A stretch of DNA of 62,550 nt, filler included. It is 8 parts of 8 records of this genome, joined end to end, with 100 filler letters (N's around TTAATTAATTAA, not from the genome) between each part and the next. Parts side by side here need not be neighbours in the genome. Positions count along the whole stretch, not along the records: positions 37,565 to 43,193 come from SRR31147125_33495; positions 43,294 to 62,550 come from SRR31147125_33579; 6 more parts are not named here. One strand, 5' to 3'. Shown here piece after piece: positions 42,090 through 54,585 of the stretch (its first letter is position 1; every line of letters begins with the position of its first letter). A model generated the notes under the pieces. That model did no database searches. It was not told where the DNA came from and saw only the letters and a list, made by a program, of their open reading frames with translations. The position numbers and the translations under genes were made by a program.

Positions 42090-43193
42090 ATGAAAACTTT
42101 TTTTATCACTTTAATCCTTATCATGGCAATAGTGGGATGGAGTTTCGCGCAAAATGATCCCTTTTTTATTCCGGATTCGGTCATTCTCAAGTCATCTGAG
42201 AAAACAATCCTATTTAATGACCAGGTAATAGCTATGCCTTTGTGGCCTGATGGATTGCCTGACAATTCGATTGAATGGAACGAGGATGAATATATTGAAA
42301 ACAGAAGCAGTGATCAAAATGAATTTGGATTTAATCGTGCGGTGCACAAAGTTGAAAATCCAGGTTTAATTGTTTTCAAGGCGGATAATGGAGACGCCCT
42401 GAAACCGGCTATTGTTATTTTTCCCGGTGGCTCGTGTGAAAGAATCGTTATTGATAAAGAAGGTATTGATGTCGCACGCTGGTACAATAAATTTGGAATT
42501 ACCGCTATCATTGTAAAATACCGTACATTGACGAGTCCTCAGTATAATATTTATCAGGCACTTTATTCGGATGCACAAAGAGCTATGCGAATTGTTCGTT
42601 CAAATGCAGCTGAATGGTCTATTGATCCTGACAAAATTGGAGTTATGGGTTTTTCGGCCGGTGGCTGGCTTTCAAGAACCCTGTTAACCGATTATAGTCA
42701 AGGCATGCATCAATTTTACGATGCAACAGGTCGCGTTTCTTTTTACCCCAATTTTTGTTGTCTGGTTTACACCAAAGTGCCGCAGGATTTCCACAATTTA
42801 TTACGCTCCACTACAGCGCCAACATTCCTGACTGGCTGTAAAGATGACGACCTGGTTAATGAAGCTAATTATCAAGCTTTTGCCAACATCATGGCGGAAT
42901 ATTCAATCCCCTGCAAGGTGCAATTGTACGATTCCGGTGGCCACGGATATGGACTCGGCATTCGCGGCGGTGAAGTAACTTCCTGGCCACAGCTGTTTTT
43001 AGACTGGCTGGTTGAAATAGATATGGCAACAACCGTTTCTTCAGTTGAAAATCCCCAAAATGATATGTCCGGTTTACCACGTTCATTTGAGCTGTTTCAA
43101 AACTACCCCAATCCCTTCAATCCTTCGACTACGATAAAATATAATTTAGCTGAATCAAATCACGTCACTTTAACAATCTACAATCTCGCCGGT
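42090..43193 (+). CDS. Secreted alpha/beta hydrolase (BD-FAE-like esterase) with C-terminal sorting/FlgD-like domain, 3'-truncated
   Basis: PGG, GFSAGG, GGHGYG; QNYPNPFNPST. Confidence 0.88.
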
Positions 43194-43293
43194 NNNNNNN
43201 NNNNNNNNNNNNNNNNNNNNNNNNNNNNNNNNNNNNNTTAATTAATTAANNNNNNNNNNNNNNNNNNNNNNNNNNNNNNNNNNNNNNNNNNNN
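43194..43293. other. Artificial contig linker
   Basis: N44-TTAATTAATTAA-N44. Confidence 0.99.
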
Positions 43294-43383
43294 CCCCTTG
43301 TGATATGATCAAAGGGGGATTTTTTTATCATCAATCCGATTCTTCACATCAAAAACATATATTCGTTAGAATCACCTCACGTA

Positions 43384-44904
43384 TTATATTGAAATCTCTG
43401 TCTCTTTATACTTTTCTCGTAATTGATTCAATTCAACCTTGAGTTTTTTCACGACATCTGCATGAGCCGGATCATTATAGATATTATTCAGCTCATGAGG
43501 ATCCTTTTGCAGATCATAAAGTTCCCAGGCATCAATATCATAGTAAAAATGAATCAGTTTGTACTGTTTGGTTCTAATACCATAGTGACGTTTGACAGCA
43601 TGAACAGCCGGATATTCATAATAGTGATAATACATTGACGTCCGCCAGTCATCCGGAGTCTTATCAGACAAAACAGACCGAAAAGTACGACCTTGCATGT
43701 CATCTGGTTTCTTAATCCCGGCAAAATCCAGAAAAGTTGGAGCAAAATCAAGATTGAGCACAATGCTATCGTTTACGGATCCTGCCTTGATCGCTTTTGG
43801 ATATCGTGCCAGTAAAGGCATGCGCAGAGATTCCTCATACATAAACCGTTTATCGAACCAGCCATGATCTCCAAGGTAAAAACCCTGATCAGAAGTGTAG
43901 AACACAACCGTATTTTTTGCTAATCCGGATTCATCCAGATAATCCAGTAATCGCCCGACATTATCATCCACAGAAGCAATACAACGAAGATAATCTTTCA
44001 TGTAACGCTGATACTTCCATTTAACCAAATCCTGCCCTTTAAGATTGGCCTTGCGAAAAGCCTCGTTCTTCGGTTCATAGGCAGCGTTCCAGGCAGCCAA
44101 TTGTTCCTCTGTCAGATCTTTGGGAACAGAGAATTTCATATCGCTATCGGTTATATGCCTGGAAATAGTCATTTCCTGTTCTCGTGCTGCATCGGAACGG
44201 GTACTATAATCATCATTAAAAGTCTCTGGCTCAGGAATCTCGACATCATCGTAAAGGGTTAAATGTTTGGGACCCGGCTCCCATCTGCGATGTGGTGCCT
44301 TGTGTTGATACATGAGACAAAAAGGTTTATTCTTATCACGGTTTTTGAGCCAATGAAGACTTTTGTCAGTAATAATATCCGTTACATAGCCCTCAAATGT
44401 TTTACGTTCACCCATTTCAATAAAATGTGGATTGTAATACCGTCCCTGCCCGGGAAGCACATTCCAATAGTCAAAGCCGGTCGGGCTGGTTTTAAGATGC
44501 CATTTTCCGATCATCGCTGTCTGATAGCCTGCTTTTTGAAGTAATTTTGGAAAGGTCTGCTGACTACCATCAAATTTTTCTCTATTATCGATCACACCAT
44601 TTATGTGGCTGTATTTGCCGGTCAGTATAACAGCTCTGCTTGGAGCACAAATGCTGTTGGTACAAAAACAATTCTTAAATCGCATACCTTCATTTGCCAG
44701 ACGATCAAGATTCGGAGTTTTATTTATCTTGCTGCCATAACAACTCATAGCATGGGAAGCATGGTCATCTGTCATAATAAAAATAATATTAGGTGGTGTT
44801 GACGAGGTATCACAGCCACTCATCCATTTGGGCATTGTTGCGACAAACGCGCCAAGACCCATTTTTTTAATAAAATTCCGTCTTGTAGTACCTTTTGATT
44901 TCAT
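43384..44904 (-). CDS. Tat-exported sulfatase (Cys-type)
   Basis: TRRNF Tat motif; CAPSRA, GKWH, SDQG. Confidence 0.95.
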   Translation of the reverse strand: MKSKGTTRRNFIKKMGLGAFVATMPKWMSGCDTSSTPPNIIFIMTDDHASHAMSCYGSKINKTPNLDRLANEGMRFKNCFCTNSICAPSRAVILTGKYSHINGVIDNREKFDGSQQTFPKLLQKAGYQTAMIGKWHLKTSPTGFDYWNVLPGQGRYYNPHFIEMGERKTFEGYVTDIITDKSLHWLKNRDKNKPFCLMYQHKAPHRRWEPGPKHLTLYDDVEIPEPETFNDDYSTRSDAAREQEMTISRHITDSDMKFSVPKDLTEEQLAAWNAAYEPKNEAFRKANLKGQDLVKWKYQRYMKDYLRCIASVDDNVGRLLDYLDESGLAKNTVVFYTSDQGFYLGDHGWFDKRFMYEESLRMPLLARYPKAIKAGSVNDSIVLNLDFAPTFLDFAGIKKPDDMQGRTFRSVLSDKTPDDWRTSMYYHYYEYPAVHAVKRHYGIRTKQYKLIHFYYDIDAWELYDLQKDPHELNNIYNDPAHADVVKKLKVELNQLREKYKETEISI

Positions 44905-45053
44905 TTTGCCTCCCTGGTTATACATTTCACCGCATGCTGAAAATAATACTAAAAAAATAAAGATAAATATAAAAAGACTCAAGTGATTGTTTTTAATAAT
45001 TCGTTCACCAGAATCCCCCGAACTTTTTTACCCTGTTAACAGCACATATCGTA

Positions 45054-46247
45054 TTATTCCCGTTCAAACAACATCGCAATACCCATACCTCCACCTATAC
45101 AAAGAGCTGATATACCTAAATGGTTGTTTCTCCTGCTCATTTCATGAAGAAGCGTCACTGTAATTCGTGCGCCGCTCGCTCCAAGAGGATGACCAAGTGC
45201 GATGGCTCCCCCATTTACATTCACCTTGTTTTTTTCCCATTCTAATTCTCTGGCAACAGCAAGTGTTTGAGCAGCAAATGCTTCATTAACTTCCAGCAAA
45301 TCAATGTGATCCAGTGAAAAACCGGTTTGCTTTAAAAGTTTTTTTATGGCCATTGCCGGACCAATTCCCATTATTTTGGGATCCACACCAACAGACACAA
45401 AGCCTTTAATAAAAGCCAGGGGTTTTAAGGAGAGCTTATTGGCACTAGTTTCATCCATGAGTACCACAGCAGCAGCGCCATCATTTATTCCGGACGCGTT
45501 ACCTGCTGTAATGGATCCGTTTTTTTGAAACACTGGTTTCAACTTGCCCAGAGATTCGAGAGTCACATCTTCACGAGGATGCTCATCCAGCTTGAAATAA
45601 GTCAAAGCCTGGTTTTTATGTTGAATTTCAAAAGGAACAATCTCATCAGCAAAGATATTTTTCTTTAATGCCTGCAGATAACGGCTCTGACTTGAGAAAG
45701 CAAATTCATCCTGATCTTCACGGGAAATCTGATATTTTTCAACTAGATTTTCCGCTGTGTCCCCCATATGACAGTCACAAAAACGATCCCACAAGCCATC
45801 CCGAAGCAATCCGTCTATGATCTGCCCATGTCCCATTTTTTGCCCCCAGCGCTGGTTCGGGAGCAAAAATGGCACCTGACTCATATTTTCCATTCCACCA
45901 GCCACGACAACCTGTGCACTTTTCGTTAATATGGCTTGCGCACCCAGAACAATAGACTTTAGACCGGATCCACATACTTTATTTATTGTCATGGCAGGTA
46001 CGGTATTGAATAAACCTGCCCGAAGCGAAGCGATCCGCGTCGGATTTGGACCAACTCCTGCCGAATAAACCTGTCCCATAATCACTTCATCGACCATAGC
46101 CCCGTCCACATTGCATCGTTGCAAGGCCCTTTTAATGACAATACTGCCAAGTGTGGCTGCATCGATATTCTTTAAAGAACCACCAAAGGAGCCAATCGCT
46201 GTACGAACAGCACTGACAATTGCAACACGATTCAAAGATCTGCTCAT
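45054..46247 (-). CDS. Acetyl-CoA C-acetyltransferase (thiolase)
   Basis: NKVCGSG, NEAFA, GHPLGASG, LCIGGG. Confidence 0.96.
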   Translation of the reverse strand: MSRSLNRVAIVSAVRTAIGSFGGSLKNIDAATLGSIVIKRALQRCNVDGAMVDEVIMGQVYSAGVGPNPTRIASLRAGLFNTVPAMTINKVCGSGLKSIVLGAQAILTKSAQVVVAGGMENMSQVPFLLPNQRWGQKMGHGQIIDGLLRDGLWDRFCDCHMGDTAENLVEKYQISREDQDEFAFSSQSRYLQALKKNIFADEIVPFEIQHKNQALTYFKLDEHPREDVTLESLGKLKPVFQKNGSITAGNASGINDGAAAVVLMDETSANKLSLKPLAFIKGFVSVGVDPKIMGIGPAMAIKKLLKQTGFSLDHIDLLEVNEAFAAQTLAVARELEWEKNKVNVNGGAIALGHPLGASGARITVTLLHEMSRRNNHLGISALCIGGGMGIAMLFERE

Positions 46248-46264
46248 TTATCGCTCCATATTCT

Positions 46265-48342
46265 TTACATGTTTTTTTTAAGGGTGATACCCTTTACGGA
46301 CCAGGACTGTAGATAATTTTCGCGTAATTTTCGTCTTATAATCTTGTTCGAAGCCGTTCTGGGCAAGGTCTTGATCGGGATAACATCAAAAATTTTAAAT
46401 AATGGATTCAGTTTATCCCGAATTTCCTTCTGCATGGCTGATTTCAGGCTATCAGGCTGATCCGGTGATCCATCAGCAAGAATCGCATATATGACAAGTT
46501 TACCTGGTCCACCTTCTGGTGGAGAGACCGCTATTGCGGCTGTTTCCACGACATGAGGTACTTTATTGACAACCTCCTCAATCTGAATAGAACTGACTTT
46601 GATACCACCTAAATTCATGGCATCATCCACCCGGCCAAGGGCACGATAATAACCATTTGGGAGGCGTTCTATTTGATCACCATGTCGTCTTGTTTTTTTC
46701 CTTCTGGCCCGAAAGGGGTATTTGCATAATAAACCTCATGGTGATCCCTGTTTAAGAGTTGGGTGGATAATCCCATTGCAGGTGGAATAAAGAACACTTC
46801 TCCATTGCTGGTCTCCAGACCTTCATCATCTAAAACAACAAATTCGGATCCTAATGCCGGGGTTGTAAAAGTACCTGGTGCGCACGGCTGCATAACAGTT
46901 CCGGTAATATATCCCCCGCCAATTTCCGTTCCGCCGCAGTATTCAATAATCGGTTTGTAACCGGCCAGCGACATTAAATAAAACATATCTTTGGCGTTTG
47001 AACTCTCACCGGTTGAACTAAAAGTTCGAATGAGGGACCAATCAAGTCCTTCCATGCAACCACTTTTTTTCCATGCAGAAACGAGACTGGGCACTAATCC
47101 CAACATAGTAACGCCTGAGTCGCTTACGAATTGCCCAAATTTCCGGGTCGTCGGGATATCATAATAAAGAGCAATCGTGGCACGGTTTAAAAGTGCACTA
47201 AATACCAACCAGGGGCCCATCATCCAGCCAAGATTTGTCGGCCAGCAAACAACATCTCCAGGATGGATATCGTGATGCAAGTGGCCATCCACTGCGGATT
47301 TAATTGGTGTCGCATGATCCCATGGGATCGCTTTTGGACTCCCTGTTGTTCCGGATGAAAATAATATATTAATAAAATCCGTTGGAGCACATGGTGTGGA
47401 CGAAAATGTTCGGTCAGATGATAAAAACTCATCCCATGCAACATCACCTTGCCTTAATTGAGAAAGTTTAGTATTTCTTTTCGAAAAAACAATGACTGGT
47501 GGTTCCACAGCTTTTTTCATTTTGTCATACAGTGGTAAAATTTTTCCACCGCGAAAGCTGAAATCCTGAGTAAAGACAAACCTGCATGGTGCAATTTTCA
47601 GGCGCACTTTGATTTCCTCAAGAACAAAACTATCCGCAATGGTTACAACAGCACATCCAGCCAATATAGCACCAAGATAAACAGCCACAGCTTCCACGGT
47701 CATTGGCATTATAATAGCGATCCGGTCGCCTTTTTGAATCCCGTGATCAACGAGACTGCAGGCGATACGATTTACCATCAATTTCAGATCTTTTATTGAC
47801 ATATTTTTTATTACATGACTTTCATCCTGATAGACAATGGCAGTATAATCATCCGGAGCCTGAAAACAACTATCCACAATGTTCAGGCTGGCATCTTTGA
47901 GCCATTGTGGATTTTCAACACCATTTGAAAGGTCCAATATGTCGGCACACTTTTTCTTAAAAATGATATTCAAGCGTTGTACAACTGTTTGCCAATACAA
48001 ATCCCGTTCTGTAACAGACCATTGATATAAAGCCTCATAGGTTTTATTGTCTGTTTTTTTCATCAACCAATAAATATTACTTGATTGTATAACTTTTTCA
48101 GTGGGAATCCATGCTGGTGCCGGTTGTTCAGAATAATTTCTGGAATAAAAAATGGAATTGTGAAGGTAAGGATGTACTGAAAAAGGATGGTGGGGTTTAA
48201 ATAGATGAGTATATATCCACTGCCAGATTTGTTCCGCAGTAAAAGAGCTATTCAGGTTGACAATAGCTTTTTGAAAAACCTTTGCCTCTGTAGTACTGAG
48301 GCCTCTTTTTACTAACTCTTCAAGATCAGGAATAATGACCAT
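46265..48342 (-). CDS. AMP-dependent acyl-CoA synthetase, frameshift at T7 run near 46695
   Basis: FSSGTTGSPK, EYCGGTE; continues RHGDQ…GRVDDAMNLGG…LPRTASNK. Confidence 0.9.
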
Positions 48343-48391
48343 GATATCTCACATCCTGAATAATAGAAAAACCATCATAAACCTGGTAATA

Positions 48392-49660
48392 CTATTGATG
48401 TAACCACTCGCAAATGCTATTAATGGCTTTTACACAGTGTTGACAGTACATCTTTATAAACGATTCACTTAGAGATTCATGTGGCGGCACTTGTTGTGCA
48501 GCAATCAGAGCACGGGCACCATCAAAATCGACATAGGCTATTCTGGCTGACAGTTCTTTTTCAGAACGTCCAAAAACACTTCCAGGGAGAATAGCCACCC
48601 CCACATCCTGGAGTAGTTGATCACACAATTCCTCGCTCGTTGTTATCCCCCTGGCGTTTAATTTATCTTTAAATGAACAAAAATCCGGAAACAGATAAAA
48701 AGCTCCCACTGGCATGGAAACTGATACACCGGCAGCCTTTAACTGTCTGGCTAAATAGGTGCCAAGCGTTTCCAATATCCTCCTGGCCTGAAACAAATAC
48801 TGTTCAATTTCAACATCGCCTAAAAACGCACTGACAGCAGCATATTGTATGGGTGTCGAGGTAGATGTATAAGTTTCACTGGCAACAACTCCCATAGCTT
48901 GCTTTAACCAGTCTAACGATTCCGGGAAAATAAAAGTGCCTAATCTCCAGCCTCCTGCTCCACACCATTTACTTAATCCACTGCTTACGATGGTTCCTTC
49001 CGGATAAAACCGTGCTACAGAAATATGGTGGCCCTTGTAATGCAATTCTCCATAAATTTCGTCAGACAGAAGTACAACACGATATCGTCGCGCAATGTCT
49101 GCAATAATTTTCAAATCCTCAGCATCATAACTGCATCCATGTGGATTAGCCGGATAATTCAATATAATCAACCGGGGTCGATCAGGATCACTATGACATA
49201 ATCTCTCAATTTCCTCTGGTTGGATACGCCAACATGATTTCAAACTCGTTTGAATCCAGCGAATATGTCTTCCAATGATATGAGCTTGAGGTGCATAAGA
49301 GACCCAACTGGGAGTTGGGATCACCAAATCCCCGTAATAGACCAATTGTAAAATAAACATGAGTTCTTTTGAACCAGGGCCAATCATAACGTTGTCAGGA
49401 GCAAATCTCACATCCTGAGTTCTAAAGAAATAATCTGACACAGCATACCGTAATTGTGATAATCCCATTACTGGTAGATAGTCTTTTTCATGGGCATGAG
49501 CTTTCAAATCCTCTTGCACAACACGAGGTACAGGAAAAGGAGATTGGCCCAAACCCATTTTATAGACTTTTTTACCCTGATCCAGTAATCGGTTACTGGA
49601 TTCATTTATTCGCAAGGTTGCTGATTTTAGCAAGCCCCGAACATTTAAGTTCAGATGCAC
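48392..49660 (-). CDS. PLP-dependent class I/II aminotransferase
   Basis: NYPANP, SDEIY, SGLSKWCGAGGWRLG. Confidence 0.93.
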   Translation of the reverse strand: MHLNLNVRGLLKSATLRINESSNRLLDQGKKVYKMGLGQSPFPVPRVVQEDLKAHAHEKDYLPVMGLSQLRYAVSDYFFRTQDVRFAPDNVMIGPGSKELMFILQLVYYGDLVIPTPSWVSYAPQAHIIGRHIRWIQTSLKSCWRIQPEEIERLCHSDPDRPRLIILNYPANPHGCSYDAEDLKIIADIARRYRVVLLSDEIYGELHYKGHHISVARFYPEGTIVSSGLSKWCGAGGWRLGTFIFPESLDWLKQAMGVVASETYTSTSTPIQYAAVSAFLGDVEIEQYLFQARRILETLGTYLARQLKAAGVSVSMPVGAFYLFPDFCSFKDKLNARGITTSEELCDQLLQDVGVAILPGSVFGRSEKELSARIAYVDFDGARALIAAQQVPPHESLSESFIKMYCQHCVKAINSICEWLHQ

Positions 49661-49924
49661 ACTGGGTGTATTATTATGCTTGTTTATAAAGTTGCCCTAT
49701 TTTAGATAGATATATTATAGGATTTATTTTTACATGTCTAAAAATATTTGCCTGGTTATCAGAAGCACACTATCAATTTAATATAATTCAAACCAGATTT
49801 ATTTCAGGATAATCAGGTAACTTTGACAAAAAATATGTGCTAATATAATATAACAAGCAAATATAGATATTATTCTTTAAGGACGGATATTGTTATGTGG
49901 AAAGAAATTAATAAAACCGGATAA

Positions 49925-51290
49925 TCAAAAATTGTCGGAGATATCCTGCAATATTCGATAAACAGTTCCCCGACTTAGTTGTGATTCCTGAGCAACTTTG
50001 GAAATATTGCCTTCATGTTTTTTCATCATGGAGTTAAAATAGTGCTCACAAAATTTCCGCATGTATTTTTCTCTGGCTTTTTTAAAGCTGCCACTCTGAA
50101 AAAAGTCTTCTTCATAAATCTGAATATTTTCTCTTATTTTTTCCGGCAAATCTTCCAATGAAATCACTTCATGCTCGGTAAACGACATAGCCTGTTCAAT
50201 AGCATTTTGCAATTCTCTTACATTGCCTGGCCAATCATATCTCTTTAGATGCTGCAAGGCCTCACTCGACATACCAGTAACGTTCTTTTTACAAAAGGGG
50301 GAAAATTTTTCAATAAAATGATCTACGAGTAAAGGAATATCCTCCTTCCGCTCCCGTAGAGGAGGCAACTGAATAGGCACAACAATGAGCCTGTAATAAA
50401 GATCTTGTCTTAATTTATGTTGTTGAACAGCCTTTTCTGGATCCATGTTTGTGGCTGAAATAATTCGAATGTTCACATCAATAAGATTTTTCCCGCCTAT
50501 CCTGCGAAACTGTCTCTCCTGTAAAAGTCTCAACAGTTTGGCTTGCAGGTACATATCCAACTCGGCAATTTCATCCAAAAAAATGGTTCCACCATCAGCA
50601 AGCTCTATTAATCCGGGTTTTTCTTTATCAGCGCCGGTAAAGGCGCCTCGTTCGTAACCAAATAGTTCACTTTCAATTAAATTCGACGGTAATGAAACAC
50701 AATCAAGAGGCACAAATGATTTATTCCGACGGTCGGAATGTAGATGAATATTTTTAGCAATCAATTCTTTCCCGGTTCCGGATTCACCATAAATCATAAC
50801 AGTCGCTTCCGTCTGAGCAACTTTAATAACGCGTTTAACAACATCATTCATACATTGACTTTGACCAATAAAATCCTGCAATAAATTAGATTGCTGTTCG
50901 GACGAGAGTTCTTTTTTCAAAAGTAAGCGAATTTTGTATTGCTGTTGCTTCACGTAATATTTTTATAATTTTGTCACGCGTAACTGGTTTCTGTAAAATA
51001 TCAAAAGCGCCTAACTTCATTGCCTCAATGGCAAGATGTGTCGTAGCGAGCTCTTCATATAATATTATGGGGATGGATAAATCCAGGTTTGAAGCTCTGG
51101 TTAAAAACTCAAAATTATTTTTCACAGCTATTTGTGAATGAATCAAAACAACATCAAGTTTTTCCTTATTCAACAGTTCAAGAGCATGTTCTTCATTACC
51201 GGTGGTCAGACAATCATATCCGAGTTCTATTATTATTTGTTTTGATATTATCGCACAATTTTGATCACCTATCAATAAAACTCTACACAT
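49925..51290 (-). CDS. NtrC-type sigma-54 activator with atypical receiver domain, frameshift near 50915
   Basis: Receiver-like ORF (GAFDILQKP) overlapping an AAA+ ORF (GESGTGKE, GAFTGA, WPGNVREL, Fis HTH). Confidence 0.88.
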
Positions 51291-51984
51291 CGTTTTTCCC
51301 TTTACATATAAACCTAATTCATGGTGTGATTCAAGCTGATTTACTATTTGCTAAAATCCTTATATACACATATTATAAGGACTTTTAGCAAGATAACAGA
51401 TTTTTCACAGAACTTTTATCACTGCATCAAAATATGTAACGGGCAAGCATGGGGAAAAGTCACACGGCAGAATTTCAGATTGGAATCCGGGGCATTTTAT
51501 CCATTTCAAATGAAGAGCAGACTACCAACCCATATCTATTTAATACATATATTCTTACCAGTTAGAAAAATTAAAAGGATCATAAAAACACATCAACTAT
51601 GACAATACTTGAATCCGCAAAATTTCCACATTATCAATACAAAAATATATATATTACCAGGATTACATTATATAAATCGTCGCATATACCAAAAAAGTCA
51701 AGATATTAAAAATGGATGAGAGGATTATCCTCCGTAAAAAAACAAGATATCATTATATCAAAATACAGCAGAAATCAGGAATGTTCTCTCCATGTTTTAT
51801 TCGAGTCCAATCAGCTTAATAACACTTTTAAGCTTGAATAATTATTTAAAAAGCAGTAAGTTATTTACTTGGAACCAAAGACAATAAAATTAGCCCATCA
51901 TAAAAACATAATAAAGGGAAAATGTGGGATTTGAGGAAAATTGTGTTTATGCTGCGATTCATGAAGCATTCCTCTCGTGTTTCC

Positions 51985-52000
51985 TGGCACAAATTTTGTG
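51985..52000 (+). promoter_or_regulatory. Candidate sigma-54 (-24/-12) promoter
   Basis: TGGCAC-AAATT-TTGT; correct spacing, one mismatch to TTGC. Confidence 0.4.
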
Positions 52001-52263
52001 TTATATCTAAAATTTTGACAAATATTTTTTACTGTTCAATTCTTTGACATGTCTAACACATGGAACATACTTTTTCTTCCCGAGAATATAAAAAAACAAA
52101 ATTAAATTTAATATTAACCGCAGATAACACAAACATTATATATAAAACAACCAGATTCAACTTGATTATATAGCAATAATTTTTGTGCATGCAGCGTTTC
52201 TTTTAAAGATTATTTCAATCTTTTAAGAAAATAACAGATCATCATGAATATGGAGAACAAACC

Positions 52264-53661
52264 ATGATCAAAATAAAGATGGATCTCTCGCCAGCTGCTC
52301 TTGATACAAAAATACAGAATCTTTTTACACTATCGGCACAAAAAATTAACGCAATTGACAGGACGTGGAACTCACAGAAAGGCACACCGGTTTTCACAGT
52401 CCAGGGCAAATACACCTCCCGTGGATGGACAGAATGGACACAGGGATTTCAATTCGGTTCTGAAATCATCCAGTTTGATGCAACCGGAGATACATATTAT
52501 CTAAACCGGGGACGGGAGCACACAGTGCAATTCATGGCACCGCATGTCAGTCATATTGGCGTCCATGATCACGGATTTAACAATGTAAGCACTTTTGGAA
52601 ACCTGCTTCGCCTGATGCATGAAGGACGTATTGCAGAAAATGAATGGGAAAAGAACTTTTACGAGTTGGCGTTAAAATTATCCGGTGCAGTTCAGGCTTC
52701 ACGGTGGACAGCCCTTCCTGATGGTCTTGGCTATGTCCGTTCATTCAATGGACCGCACTCTCTTTTTGCTGATACGATACGATCCATGCGGGCTCTGGCA
52801 CTAAGCCATACGCTTGGCCACGTTTTGATGGGAGAAAAAGACACAAAAATAAACCTGTTAAAACGGATTCTACAACATGCTGAAACCACAGCCCAATTTA
52901 ATGTCTATTTTGGCCAGGGTCGTGACGCTTACGATGTAAGAGGAAGAGTGGCACATGAATCCATTTTTAATCTGACAGATGGATCTTATCGCTGTCCCAG
53001 TTCACAACAAGGTTTTAGTCCCCTTTCGACATGGACGCGTGGATTGGCCTGGATACTCACCGGATTTGCTGAACAATTGGAATATCTAAGTCATCTTCAA
53101 TCCAAAAATTTTGATAGCATCGTGATTGGAGAATTATCTGGTAAACAAGCCTTTATTGATCGGTTTTTAGAGATTACCTTAGCTGTGGCAGATTTTTATA
53201 TCGAATATTCCCCTACGGATGGCATTCCCTACTGGGACACGGGTGCTCCCGGATTGGCTAATATGAATGATTACCTGGACAAGCCCGCTGATCCATTTAA
53301 TAATTATGAACCGGTAGACAGCTCGGCAGCTGCCATAGCAGCCCAGGGTTTACTTCGGCTTGGTCAATATATACAGTCCATTGGAAAATCCGATATATCC
53401 GCAACCTATTTTCAGGCCGGTCTGACAGTGGCAGACACATTGTTTGATAATCCCTATTTATCAACAGATGACAGGCATCAGGGACTATTGTTACATTCAG
53501 TTTATCATCGTCCTAATGGATGGGACTATATACCAAAAGGGAAAAAAATACCCTGCGACGAATCATCCATGTGGGGAGATTATCATGCGCGAGAATTAGC
53601 ACTTTACATAAAACGTATGGCAAAAAACGGCCCATACTATACATTTTTCGGCACGTTGTAA
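52264..53661 (+). CDS. GH88-like (alpha/alpha)6 glycoside hydrolase
   Basis: WTQGF, HDHGF, WTRGLAW, PYWD, DSSAAAI, WGDY. Confidence 0.85.
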   Translation: MIKIKMDLSPAALDTKIQNLFTLSAQKINAIDRTWNSQKGTPVFTVQGKYTSRGWTEWTQGFQFGSEIIQFDATGDTYYLNRGREHTVQFMAPHVSHIGVHDHGFNNVSTFGNLLRLMHEGRIAENEWEKNFYELALKLSGAVQASRWTALPDGLGYVRSFNGPHSLFADTIRSMRALALSHTLGHVLMGEKDTKINLLKRILQHAETTAQFNVYFGQGRDAYDVRGRVAHESIFNLTDGSYRCPSSQQGFSPLSTWTRGLAWILTGFAEQLEYLSHLQSKNFDSIVIGELSGKQAFIDRFLEITLAVADFYIEYSPTDGIPYWDTGAPGLANMNDYLDKPADPFNNYEPVDSSAAAIAAQGLLRLGQYIQSIGKSDISATYFQAGLTVADTLFDNPYLSTDDRHQGLLLHSVYHRPNGWDYIPKGKKIPCDESSMWGDYHARELALYIKRMAKNGPYYTFFGTL

Positions 53662-53673
53662 TGGAGTAATAAA

Positions 53674-54504
53674 ATGTCAAACACCTTGAACGATTTCAGT
53701 AAATTATGTATTCATACGATAACCACAAAACCCTGGGCATTGGAAGAGGCTGTTGAAAATTATTCGAAAGCAGGAGTATCAGGCATCACTGTCTGGCGCC
53801 AGGCTTTGGAAGGCCGAGATGCGCACAAATCCGGGCACATGATTCGTAATGCCGGGTTAAAAATTGTTTCTTTATGCAGAGGAGGATTTTTTCCGGCAAA
53901 AGATTCAACTGGCAGACAACTGGCCATAAACGATAATCTTAAAGCCATAGATGAGGCAGCTGCGCTGGGAGCTCCCCATATTGTACTGGTTTGTGGGGCC
54001 GTTCCAGGTCAATCGCTCAATATATCGCGCCAGCAGATTCAGGAAGGAATAGAAAAAATCCTGCCTCACGCACAGGCATGTAATGTTAAATTGGCGATTG
54101 AACCCCTGCACCCCATGTATGCGGATGATCGATCAGCCATCAATACAATGAAACAAGCGAACGATATGTGTGAAAATATTAACTCACCATTTGTAGGTGT
54201 GGCAGTAGATGTATATCATCTCTGGTGGGATCCGGACCTGGAACAGGAAATATCCCGTTGTGGTCGTAACGGGAATTTAATGGCATTTCATATCTGCGAC
54301 TGGAGAACACCAACAGATGATTTTCTGAACGATCGGGGACTTATGGGTGAAGGTTGTATTCCAATCAACGAAATTCGTGGCTGGGTTGAACAGGCCGGTT
54401 TTGAAGGTTTTAATGAAGTTGAAATTTTTTCAACAAAACGTTGGGCAACGGATCAGGATGAATTTTTAAAAGATATTCAAAAGGCTTACCTGCAGTACTC
54501 GTAA
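53674..54504 (+). CDS. Sugar phosphate isomerase/epimerase (xylose isomerase-like TIM barrel)
   Basis: IEPLHP, DVYH, HICD, EVE. Confidence 0.9.
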   Translation: MSNTLNDFSKLCIHTITTKPWALEEAVENYSKAGVSGITVWRQALEGRDAHKSGHMIRNAGLKIVSLCRGGFFPAKDSTGRQLAINDNLKAIDEAAALGAPHIVLVCGAVPGQSLNISRQQIQEGIEKILPHAQACNVKLAIEPLHPMYADDRSAINTMKQANDMCENINSPFVGVAVDVYHLWWDPDLEQEISRCGRNGNLMAFHICDWRTPTDDFLNDRGLMGEGCIPINEIRGWVEQAGFEGFNEVEIFSTKRWATDQDEFLKDIQKAYLQYS

Positions 54505-54585
54505 CTCATATCTTTCATACAAAATCAAAAATTGACGTATTTGAAAATCACACACAATAAACAACTATTTCAAAAAGGGAAAAGA

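Noticed and set aside
5241-43293. Seven copies of TTAATTAATTAA inside N-runs
   Set aside because: Artificial concatenation linker; gene adjacency across these points has no biological meaning.
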